Source of the DNA: Candidatus Latescibacterota bacterium
GTDB taxonomy: Bacteria; Latescibacterota; UBA2968; UBA8231
Direction of reading: 5' to 3'
Assembly (NCBI GenBank): GCA_965203175.1
Contig: OZ241867.1
Span: 2,432,001 to 2,496,000, forward strand
DNA length: 64,000 bases
Shown here: in pieces, positions 19,942-28,464 of the stretch
Layout: every line of letters starts with the position of its first letter
Numbering within the stretch: position 1 is the first letter of the stretch
The notes under the pieces: generated by a model
Database searches by the model: none
What the model was told of the DNA's origin: nothing
Seen by the model: only the letters and a program-made list of their open reading frames with translations
Position numbers and translations under genes: made by a program

Positions 19942-21744
19942 TCAATACGCCACTCCCACCGAGCCCCAGCGGTGCTCCGAATCCTCGTCGGCTTCTACCC
20001 GCAACTCGTACAGATACAGCCCTGGAGGCACCAATAGACCCCAATCGTCCGTTCCATCCCATTCCACTGTATAGGATCCGTTGCCGTCCATTCCCGCATA
20101 GGTCCGCCGCACCCGGCGACCGGCCAAGTCGTACATCTCCAGAGTCACCGCAGCCTCAGTAACGATCTTCAACAGCACATAACTCAGCGCAAAGGCGTCG
20201 TTGGCCCCATCGCCGTTGGGCGTGAACAGCCGGGTTCCCTCCAACTGCGCCACCAGCGGCACGTTGCCGTCCGCGAAGCGCACGACCAGATTGGTCCCTT
20301 CCAGCGAGGGATCCACATCGCGCTCGTCGGCCACTTGGTATGCCTCTTCGAGCTGACCGTCTGTCTCCCTGCGGTCCAATGCCCGCACCTCAAAGCGCGT
20401 GTAGTCGCGGAACACAGCGCCGCGAAAGACGATCTGCACGAAGGTTCCCGTCTGCTCGATGTGCCGCCACAAGTCGACGTCGAAGCCCGCGCTTGGCTCA
20501 TAGGTGGCGGAAAAGGAAATCTCCTCGTCATCGACGAGTATCCGCTCGATTTCCGTTACCTGCGCAGCCGTGCGCACCTGCAGGAAGCGGAAGCCCGTAG
20601 CTCGCGGGTCCGGGCCTCTATCGGGGCGCAAGCGCACCTCCATGGACAAAGTAAAGCTCGTCTCGACGCCCGGCTGCACGACGCTGGGGCTAATCTCGGC
20701 CAGCAGGCTACTAACCACCGGCGGTCGCGCAAATTCGAAGACCAGCCGCCTGAGCACGGCTCCTGGTGAGGCCATGCGCACCTTGAACTGCAAGAAGCGG
20801 CGCAGCCCTGGCGAGTGGATCAGACCGCCGCTGACGGTCTGCCAGCTACTCCACAGCGGATTGGGTCTGACTGGTGCCTTTTCATCGGCGGGCAATGCTT
20901 GGTAATCCTCTTTGCTCACCCGCTGCAGCCCGTCTTCCGCTTGGAGGTCTATGCGGAAGTAGTGCTCGGGGTCGCGGTCGGAGCCGGTGCGCGTCTGCAC
21001 TGTGGCAGGGGCGTTTTCTATGGAACCCCCCTCGTAGCGCACTTTGCCCCAGACGATGTTGGGATAGCGCGTCCTGACCGGCCTGGAGACATAGGTGCCC
21101 ACGGGCGCGTCGCCAGCGGCGTAGATTTCTACTTCCGCCAGTTCCCACTCGCGCTCAGTGCTAGGCTCTATGAGCACGTAGCGCACGTTGCGACTATCGA
21201 AGTCCTTTTCCACCACAGGCTCGAAGTTGGGGCTGTCGGCGAAAAAGCTGACGGCAGGGTCGTACTTTGCTTGGCGTTCGGCCTTGGTGTAGAGGCGAAA
21301 AACCTGTAGGAAGCGGCGTCTGTTCTGGCGGTCAAGGCGAGGGAAGAGGCGGACGCGATTGACGCGGAAGGTAGCACCAAGGTCGATCTCTACGGGCGTA
21401 TTGCGATCAATAGCGGCAAACTGATCTGGATCGAAGGCCGTAGTGGAACTGCCGTCGTATAGCAGAGTGCCTAGGGGTACGCGGAGGGTGCCATCGGGAT
21501 TTTCCACCAGCCCCACCGCCATGCCTCCGCGCTCGGCCAAGCGCAGCGATAGGTTTTCGCCGGCTTCTGCCGGCCACATCCAGATGGAATCGCGCGCTAC
21601 CCCTAAGAATTGAGCCTCCTCGACAATGCTGTCCCAGCGGCCTAGGCGACCGTCTTGGCCCACGTCGAGGGTATCGACGGCCAACGCGGAAGTGGTGCTG
21701 CCGAGGAGGCCGATTAACAAGGCGTAGTGTATGGCTTTATTCAA
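19942..21744 (-). CDS. Secreted protein with discoidin-like domain and FTPNGDG/FlgD-type CTD (B1)
   Basis: Probable TTG start at 21744 giving signal peptide MNKAIHYALLIGLLGSTTSALA; IDLG...RVRLFPR; FTPNGDGAND...WDGTD...GVAY. Confidence 0.8.
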   Translation of the reverse strand: MNKAIHYALLIGLLGSTTSALAVDTLDVGQDGRLGRWDSIVEEAQFLGVARDSIWMWPAEAGENLSLRLAERGGMAVGLVENPDGTLRVPLGTLLYDGSSTTAFDPDQFAAIDRNTPVEIDLGATFRVNRVRLFPRLDRQNRRRFLQVFRLYTKAERQAKYDPAVSFFADSPNFEPVVEKDFDSRNVRYVLIEPSTEREWELAEVEIYAAGDAPVGTYVSRPVRTRYPNIVWGKVRYEGGSIENAPATVQTRTGSDRDPEHYFRIDLQAEDGLQRVSKEDYQALPADEKAPVRPNPLWSSWQTVSGGLIHSPGLRRFLQFKVRMASPGAVLRRLVFEFARPPVVSSLLAEISPSVVQPGVETSFTLSMEVRLRPDRGPDPRATGFRFLQVRTAAQVTEIERILVDDEEISFSATYEPSAGFDVDLWRHIEQTGTFVQIVFRGAVFRDYTRFEVRALDRRETDGQLEEAYQVADERDVDPSLEGTNLVVRFADGNVPLVAQLEGTRLFTPNGDGANDAFALSYVLLKIVTEAAVTLEMYDLAGRRVRRTYAGMDGNGSYTVEWDGTDDWGLLVPPGLYLYELRVEADEDSEHRWGSVGVAY

Positions 21745-21758
21745 TTTACTCGGCTCGC

Positions 21759-23855
21759 CTATTCGAGTTTGATCATTTTGCGGGTGCGGGTCTGTTCGTC
21801 CACCTGCAAGCGATACACATAGACTCCAGTGGCGACGGGTTGCCCCTGCGCGTCGCGGCCATCCCAGGTTAGTTCGTGCTCGCCAGCGGGTAGCGGACCC
21901 GTCCACACTTGGCGCATTGGCTGCCCTAGGACATTGTAGATGGTTAAATCTACGTCCTTAGCTCCGGCGGGCACGGCCAAGGGGATAGTTGTGGCGGGGT
22001 TGAACGGGTTAGGATAGTTGGCCCCGAGGGTAAAGGCCGTTGGCGTGGCTGCCTCGGCTGCTACGGCGGTGGCTGGGGTGCCTTGGTTGATAAAGACAAA
22101 GACGCCCCCGTGGTCGCTTGCCGGATTCGTTCCCAGCACGACTATATCGGTGTCGCCATCGCCGTTGACATCGCTGGCGAAGACCTGACTGCCCTCGCCG
22201 GGCAAGGGGTAGTAGCCTTCGAGGGTGGGCACGGCGTTGCGCTGGCCGAGCAACACCACGAGGGCCGGACCGACGGTCGAATTGGCAGCGACCATGGCCA
22301 CATCCAGCACGCCATCGCCATTGAGGTCGCTGGCGGTGGCTTGAGACGGGAACACCTTCCAGTCGAGCAAGGAATCGCGCGCCCACCCGCCGGAGGCGTC
22401 TAGACGCCACAGGGACAAACCGTAGTAGTCGATGTTACCGAGGAATGCATCTATGCTCTCAGGGGAGCCGAGTAGGTCCACCGTCCCATCGCCATCGAGA
22501 TCGGCCAGTAGGTGCAGGGCACAGGGATTGATCGGGGCCGCAAAAGAGAGTGGCGGTTCTTGAATAGCGGCCCACGGCCGGGTCAGTTGCCAAAAGTCTT
22601 GAGGCTCAAAGCAGCCCCCATTCCACAACAAGCTTGCAGCTTCGCCGAGAGGTTGCCCGGTGGATAGATAGGCCCAGCGCCACTCCTCGCTGTCGAGGAC
22701 GAAGGTATCGCTATCGACAAAGTCGTAACCGTCGTTGATCCACATAATCACTTGGGACGCAGCGTCGGAGACCAACAGGTCCACATCGCCGTCGCCGTCG
22801 CCATCGGCCAAGCCAACGAGCCTGACGTCGGAAAGTTGCAAAATGGGATCAAAGCCGTCGCCCCAGTTGTACCACACTTCGACGTTTCCCCTCCATTGGT
22901 ATTTAACGACCAAATCGAGGAGTCCATCGCCGTCGAAGTCGCTTCCCCGCAGGTCCATGAGTGGGGGGTCGTTGGCGGGTTCGGTTGAGAGGTGGAGCTC
23001 TTGAGTGGGTTCAAAGCGGCCTAGCCCGTCGTTGGACGCTACCGTCCAGCCCAGTTGTCTTTCGCGGCCCATGACGCGGTGCCAGACCGCCACCAGATCC
23101 GCGTCGCCATCGCCATCTACATCGCCCACTGCGCCGTGCGATTCTTCCCGGTTGCCTCGCCAAAGGCTTGGGATGCCGATGCCTTCGCCGAGCGGAAAAA
23201 AGTCGGATTCGGCAAACAAGGTACCGGGCGGCCCCAATCCCACGCCGAGATCCCGAGGCGACAATTCTCCCTGTGCCGACTCTCCGGCCCCGGTGAGTTG
23301 GATCCAGTCTATTTCTAAAAACTTGGGATGGTTGGCCACGTCCTGCGAGTCCCGGTATAACATCATGTCTATACGAATAGTGTAGAGGGTATCCTGCCAG
23401 ATGATCTCCTGCTCTGGGTATGCTTCTACCAAGGCGCGTAGATCTACGGTGAGGTCTTCCCATTCGATGGGATAGGGTTGAAGATCTCTCCACGTGCTAG
23501 ACCTCCCTTTAAGGAGGCGTCTTCTCTCGGCATTGGACCAGTACATCGAGAATGGTCCCTCGGTGGGACTGTGGTGTATGAGACGCAGCCGGAGGGTGAG
23601 GCGGTCGAACAGGGCCGAGTCTTTGCCGATCAACGGCGAACGCAATTGAACGGTGGGTCTGCGACCAGGAGTTGTTGCAATGCGCCAGACGCCATCGACG
23701 ATTTCGCTGTGTAACAGGTCGCTATTGCCATTGGTATGAGTAGCACTTTCCCGGGCGGTCCAGCCCCAAGTGGAGCCGTCGGCGAAATCCCACGTTAGGG
23801 CAAAGGCTCCGCATGGAGCCGCCACCAATAGAATTGCAAAGAGAACGCGGCGCAT
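21759..23855 (-). CDS. FG-GAP/VCBS repeat protein with T9SS type-A (FlgD-Ig) CTD, paralog FG5
   Basis: Signal peptide, six D-x-D/N-G-D-G-x-x-D repeats, NYPNPFNP...WDGRD...GVY...RKMIKLE. Confidence 0.88.
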   Translation of the reverse strand: MRRVLFAILLVAAPCGAFALTWDFADGSTWGWTARESATHTNGNSDLLHSEIVDGVWRIATTPGRRPTVQLRSPLIGKDSALFDRLTLRLRLIHHSPTEGPFSMYWSNAERRRLLKGRSSTWRDLQPYPIEWEDLTVDLRALVEAYPEQEIIWQDTLYTIRIDMMLYRDSQDVANHPKFLEIDWIQLTGAGESAQGELSPRDLGVGLGPPGTLFAESDFFPLGEGIGIPSLWRGNREESHGAVGDVDGDGDADLVAVWHRVMGRERQLGWTVASNDGLGRFEPTQELHLSTEPANDPPLMDLRGSDFDGDGLLDLVVKYQWRGNVEVWYNWGDGFDPILQLSDVRLVGLADGDGDGDVDLLVSDAASQVIMWINDGYDFVDSDTFVLDSEEWRWAYLSTGQPLGEAASLLWNGGCFEPQDFWQLTRPWAAIQEPPLSFAAPINPCALHLLADLDGDGTVDLLGSPESIDAFLGNIDYYGLSLWRLDASGGWARDSLLDWKVFPSQATASDLNGDGVLDVAMVAANSTVGPALVVLLGQRNAVPTLEGYYPLPGEGSQVFASDVNGDGDTDIVVLGTNPASDHGGVFVFINQGTPATAVAAEAATPTAFTLGANYPNPFNPATTIPLAVPAGAKDVDLTIYNVLGQPMRQVWTGPLPAGEHELTWDGRDAQGQPVATGVYVYRLQVDEQTRTRKMIKLE

Positions 23856-23915
23856 GATGCTCCTCCAGAGTTTATGGTAGTGCAGTTTAGTTTCTTCATC
23901 TCCAAGCCCTATCGT

Positions 23916-25958
23916 CTATTCGATTTTAACCATTTTGCGGGTGCGGGTCTGCTCGTCCACCTGCAAGCGATACACATAGACTCCGGCGGCGACGGGGCGA
24001 CCCTGCGCGTCGCGGCCATCCCAAGTTAGTTCGTGTTCGCCAGCGGGCAGCGCACCTGTCCACACTTGGCGCGTTGGCTGTCCTAGGACATTGTAGATAG
24101 TTAAATCCACGTCCTTAGCTCCGGCAGGCACGGCCAAGGGGATGGTTGTGGCGGGGTTGAATGGGTTGGGGTAGTTGGCTCCGAGGGTAAAGGCTGTTGG
24201 CGTGGCTATCTCGGCCGCTATAGCTGTGGCCGGAGTGCCTTGGTTGATCAAGACGAAGACGCCGCCGTGGTCGCTTTCGGGACTTGTTCCCAGCACGACT
24301 AGATCGGTGTCGCCATCGCCATTCACGTCGCTGGCGAGCACCTGACTGCCCTCGCCGGGTAGAGGATAGTAGCCTTCGAGGACGGGTGCGCTAGTGCGTT
24401 GGCCGAGCAATACCACTAATGCCGAACCGTCGGTCGAGTTCCTGTCGACTAGGGCTGCATCTAGGAGTCCATCGCCGTTGAGGTCGCTGGCGCTGGCTGC
24501 GTGCGATGGGCGCACCTGCCAGTCGAGCAAGGAATGGCGTGCCAACACGCCCAAAGCGTCCATACGCCACAGAGCCAAGCCGTAGTAACCATCGTGAAAG
24601 ACTAGGGGGGAGCCGAGTAGGTCCGCCGTCCCATCGCCATCGAAGTCGGCCAGTAGGTGCAGAGCGTCGGGATCGACCGCGGCTTCGAAAAAGAGCGGCG
24701 GTTCTTGGACGGCCGCCCACGGCCGGGTCAGTTGCCAAGAGTCCGGCGTCCGACGGAAGAGTCGGTTCCACAACAGGCTCGCGGCTTCGCCGAGGGGTTG
24801 TCCGGTGGGTAGGTAGGCCAAGTGACCCTCCTCGCTGTCGAGGACGAATTCCTCGCCGCGGACAAAGTCGTAGCCATCGTTGATCCACAGGACCACTTGG
24901 TTCCTACCCTCGAAAACCAACAAGTCCACATCGCCGTCGCCGTCGCCATCCGCTAAACCAACGAGCCTGCCTTCGGACAGTTGCAGAGTGGGATCAAAGC
25001 CGCCGCCCCAGTTGTGCCAAAGCTCGACGGTTACGCCTTTAGAAACGACCAGATCTAGGAGTCCATCGCCGTCGAAGTCGCTTCCCTGAAGGTCCATGTG
25101 TCGAATGGGGTCAGAAAAGGATGTGGTTGAGAGGGTTACTTCTTGCGTAGGTTCAAAGCCGCCCAGCCCGTCGTTGGACGCCACGGTCCAGCCTTGGTGT
25201 CTTTCGCGGTCTATAAGGCGGTTCCAGGCCACCACGAGATCCGCATCGCCATCGCCGTCCACGTCGCCCACCGCGCCGCGCGATTTTTGCAGAGAGCCTA
25301 AGGTGCCGATGCTCTCTCCGAGGGGGGAAAAGTCGGGTTCGGCGAACAACGTGCCGGGTGGTCCCGTCTCCACCGCAATATCCTCCGGCGACAATTCCCC
25401 CTGCGCCAACTCTTCGGTTCCTGTCAGTTGAATCCAGTCTATTTCTAAAAGTTTTGGATGATTTTCTAGGTCCTGCGAGTCCCGATATAAAATCATGTAT
25501 ATGGAAAAATTGAAGAGGGTATCCTGCCAGGTGACCTTCCACTCTGGGTCTGCTGCCAAAGCGCGTAGATCTAGGGTGATTTCTTCCCATTCGATGGGAT
25601 AGGGTTGAATATGGCTAGTCCACTGGCGTCTGTTCTCGGCATTGGCCCAGCCCAGCCGGAGTTCCCCATGCTCGGTGGGGCTGTGGTGTATGAGGCGCAG
25701 CCGTAGGGTGAGGCGGTCGAACAGGGCCGAGTCTTTGCCGATCAATGGCGAGCTCAATGAAACGGTGGGTCTTTGACCAGGCACGGGCGCAATGCGCCAG
25801 ACGCCATCGACGATTTCGCTGTGGAGTGGGTCGCTACTGAAAGCAGAACTTTGCCGAGCGATCCAGCCATGAGGGGAGCCGTCGGCAAAATCCCACGTTA
25901 GGGCAAAAGATCTAAGTGGAGCCGCCAACAGTAGAATTGCAAAGAGCGTGTAGCGCAT
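23916..25958 (-). CDS. FG-GAP repeat protein with T9SS type-A CTD, paralog FG4
   Basis: Same architecture as FG5. Confidence 0.88.
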   Translation of the reverse strand: MRYTLFAILLLAAPLRSFALTWDFADGSPHGWIARQSSAFSSDPLHSEIVDGVWRIAPVPGQRPTVSLSSPLIGKDSALFDRLTLRLRLIHHSPTEHGELRLGWANAENRRQWTSHIQPYPIEWEEITLDLRALAADPEWKVTWQDTLFNFSIYMILYRDSQDLENHPKLLEIDWIQLTGTEELAQGELSPEDIAVETGPPGTLFAEPDFSPLGESIGTLGSLQKSRGAVGDVDGDGDADLVVAWNRLIDRERHQGWTVASNDGLGGFEPTQEVTLSTTSFSDPIRHMDLQGSDFDGDGLLDLVVSKGVTVELWHNWGGGFDPTLQLSEGRLVGLADGDGDGDVDLLVFEGRNQVVLWINDGYDFVRGEEFVLDSEEGHLAYLPTGQPLGEAASLLWNRLFRRTPDSWQLTRPWAAVQEPPLFFEAAVDPDALHLLADFDGDGTADLLGSPLVFHDGYYGLALWRMDALGVLARHSLLDWQVRPSHAASASDLNGDGLLDAALVDRNSTDGSALVVLLGQRTSAPVLEGYYPLPGEGSQVLASDVNGDGDTDLVVLGTSPESDHGGVFVLINQGTPATAIAAEIATPTAFTLGANYPNPFNPATTIPLAVPAGAKDVDLTIYNVLGQPTRQVWTGALPAGEHELTWDGRDAQGRPVAAGVYVYRLQVDEQTRTRKMVKIE

Positions 25959-25983
25959 CGTTTTTCTTTAGAGATTGGCTCAC

Positions 25984-28110
25984 TTATTCGATTTTGACCA
26001 TTTTGCGGGCGTGCGTCTGCTCGTCCACTTTCAACCGATACAAATAGACCCCGGCGGCGACGGGTTGGCCTTGCGCATCGCGGCCATCCCACGTCAGCTC
26101 GTGTTCGCCGGCTGGTAGCGGTCCCGTCCACACCTGGCGCATCGGCTGTCCTAGGACATTGTAGATGGTTAAGTCCACGTTCCTCGCTCCGGCAGGCACG
26201 GTCAAGGGGATGGTCGTGGCGGGATTGAACGGGTTGGGATAGTTGACTCCTAAAGAAAAGGCCGTTGGCGTGGTCGTCGTCTCGCTGGCTACGGCCGTGG
26301 TTAGGGTGCCTTGGTTGAGCAAGACGAAGACGCCGCCGTGGTCGCTGGCCGGACTCGTTCCCAGTACGACCAGATCGGTGTCGCCATCGCCGTTGACATC
26401 GCTGGCGAAGACCTGATTGCCCTTGCCGGGCAGGGGGTAGTAGCCTTCGAAGACGGGTGCGTCGTTGCGCTGGCCGAACAACACCACTAGCGCCGAACCG
26501 ACGGTCAAGTTGCTAGCGACTAGGGCCACATCTAAGAGTCCATCGCCGTTGAGGTCGCTGGCGGTGGCTACTGACGGGAAAACCTTCCAGTCGAGCAAGG
26601 AGTGGCGTGCCAACACGCCGGAGGCGTCCAGACGCCATAGAGCCAAGCCGTAGTAGTCCGTGGCAAGAAACGTATCTATGCGCTCGGGGGAATAGAGCAT
26701 GTCCACTGTGCCATTTCCATCGAGGTCGGCGATCAGGTGCAGGGCGTCAGGATGAATCACGGCCTCGACAGCGAGCGGTGGTTCCTCGATGGCTGCCCAC
26801 GGTCGGGTTAGTTGCCAAGAGCCTTGGGAGCGGAACCAGAAGTCTGGAGAGTGGTACCACAACAGGCTCGCAGCTTCGCCGAGGGGTTGGACGGCGGGTA
26901 GGTAGGGGAACATTCTCTCGCTATCGAGGGCGAATTCCTCGCTATGGACAAAGTCGTAGCCATCGTTGATCCACAGGATCGCGTAATACGATCCGTCGTC
27001 AAACCCCCCGTCATACCTCCGGACTAACAGGTCCACATCACCGTCGCCGTCGCCATCGGCCAAGCCAAGGGGCCAGACGCCGGACAGTTGCGGGGTGGGT
27101 TCAAAGCCGCCGCCCCAGTTGTACCACACTTCGATGGTCCCGCCTTGGGGAACAACTAGATCTAGGAGTCCATCGCCGTCGAAGTCGTCTCCCTGAAGGT
27201 ACATGCGTGGAGGGTCGTCAGAGAGTTCGGTTGAGAGGAGGAACTCTTGGGTGGGTTCAAAGCCGCCCAGTCCGTCGTTGGACGCCACGGTCCAGCCCAG
27301 GTGGCTTTCGTCGTCCACGAGGCGGTTCCAAGCCACCACGAGATCCGCATCGCCGTCGCCGTCCACGTCGCCCACCGCGCCTTGCGATTCTTGCCGATAG
27401 CCTCGCCGAGTGTCTGGGGAGCCGATGCCCTCTCCGAGTGGGAAAAAGTCGGGTTCGGCGAACAGCGTGCCGGGCGGCTCCAACTCCACCGCGAGCTCCC
27501 GAGGCGACAATTCTCCCTGCGCCAATTCTTCGGCCCCTGTCAGTTGGATCCAGTCTATTTCTAAAAACTTTGGATGGTTTTCTAGATCCTGCGAGTCTCG
27601 GAATAACATCATGTCTATATGAATGTTAAAGAGAGTATCCTGCCAGACGATCTTTCGCTCTATGTCTTCTGCTGTCAAATCTCGTAGATCTATGGTGAGG
27701 TCTTCCCATTCGATGGGATAGGGTTGCAGACTTCTCCCCATGCTACTAGGCAGTGCTTCAGAGTGGCGTCTCTCCTCGGCATTGGACCAGAACATCCTGA
27801 GTGGCCCCTCGGTGGGGGTGTGGTGTATGAGGCGCAGCCGTAGGGTGATTCGGTCGAATAGGGCTGAGTCTTTGCCGATCAACGGCGAGCGCAATTGAAC
27901 GGTGGGTCTGCGACCAGGCACGGGCGCCATGCGCCAGACGCCATCGACGATTTCGCTCTGTAATGGGTCCCTACTGCCTAATTTATTGCTATAATGATAA
28001 CTTTCCCGGGCAGTCCAGCCCCAAGTGGAGCCATCGTCGAAATCCCACGTCAGGGCAAAGGTTCCAAGTGGAGCCGCCAACAATAGAATTGCAAAGAGAA
28101 AACAGTACAT
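25984..28110 (-). CDS. FG-GAP repeat protein with T9SS type-A CTD, paralog FG3
   Basis: Same architecture; AGGTGA SD. Confidence 0.88.
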   Translation of the reverse strand: MYCFLFAILLLAAPLGTFALTWDFDDGSTWGWTARESYHYSNKLGSRDPLQSEIVDGVWRMAPVPGRRPTVQLRSPLIGKDSALFDRITLRLRLIHHTPTEGPLRMFWSNAEERRHSEALPSSMGRSLQPYPIEWEDLTIDLRDLTAEDIERKIVWQDTLFNIHIDMMLFRDSQDLENHPKFLEIDWIQLTGAEELAQGELSPRELAVELEPPGTLFAEPDFFPLGEGIGSPDTRRGYRQESQGAVGDVDGDGDADLVVAWNRLVDDESHLGWTVASNDGLGGFEPTQEFLLSTELSDDPPRMYLQGDDFDGDGLLDLVVPQGGTIEVWYNWGGGFEPTPQLSGVWPLGLADGDGDGDVDLLVRRYDGGFDDGSYYAILWINDGYDFVHSEEFALDSERMFPYLPAVQPLGEAASLLWYHSPDFWFRSQGSWQLTRPWAAIEEPPLAVEAVIHPDALHLIADLDGNGTVDMLYSPERIDTFLATDYYGLALWRLDASGVLARHSLLDWKVFPSVATASDLNGDGLLDVALVASNLTVGSALVVLFGQRNDAPVFEGYYPLPGKGNQVFASDVNGDGDTDLVVLGTSPASDHGGVFVLLNQGTLTTAVASETTTTPTAFSLGVNYPNPFNPATTIPLTVPAGARNVDLTIYNVLGQPMRQVWTGPLPAGEHELTWDGRDAQGQPVAAGVYLYRLKVDEQTHARKMVKIE

Positions 28111-28162
28111 AGGATCACCTATAGGGTCTTGGTCGTTTTGACGCCCTGTAGGTTAAGATACT

Positions 28163-28178
28163 CGCACATTCCGTGCCA
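28163..28178 (-). promoter_or_regulatory. sigma54 -24/-12 promoter upstream of FG3
   Basis: TGGCACG-GAAT-GTGCG versus consensus TGGCACG-N4-TTGC(A/T). Confidence 0.7.
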
Positions 28179-28294
28179 AATATCAGGCCGCGCATAAAAA
28201 ATCCTTCGGGAGGGTCTTAAAGGATTGAAAATACAGTAGTTAAAAATGTGAATTTATTTTTCTAAGCCTTGCACACGCCATCGGTGCAAGGCTT

Positions 28295-28353
28295 TCCACG
28301 TTTTTTCGTGTATTTTCCACGACTTTCCGTGTACTTCCACGACTTTCCGTGTT
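28295..28353. promoter_or_regulatory. Three tandem TCCACG-N6-CGTGT(A/T) sites, candidate enhancer (UAS)
   Basis: Sites start at 28295, 28316 and 28336 (period 21 then 20 bp). Confidence 0.65.
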
Positions 28354-28399
28354 GGCTGCGCCATCGCCAAGAAGCCCGCCGGAAGGTCTGCAGAGACAA

Positions 28400-28464
28400 C
28401 CAGCGCGAGAATAGGCTGATTAACAGGGTGCAGTGTATGGATTTATTCAATTTGCTCGGGCCAT
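28400..28464 (-). pseudogene. Degenerate remnant of the 5' end of gene B1
   Basis: Reads SKLNKSIHCTLLISL versus SKLNKAIHYALLIGL at about 21710-21755. Confidence 0.75.

Larger units (their letters stand above)
28111..28363. repeat. Copy 2 of duplicated upstream regulatory region (homolog of 32699..32960)
   Basis: Shared blocks GGATCACCTATAGGGT, GCACATT.CGTGCCA, TAAAGGATTGAAAA, CGGTGCAAGG.TTTCCACG... Confidence 0.9.

Noticed and set aside
23856-23915. Possible remnant of the B2 start (GAGATGAAGAAA) between FG4 and FG5
   Set aside because: Only about 12 bp match; cannot be distinguished from chance.
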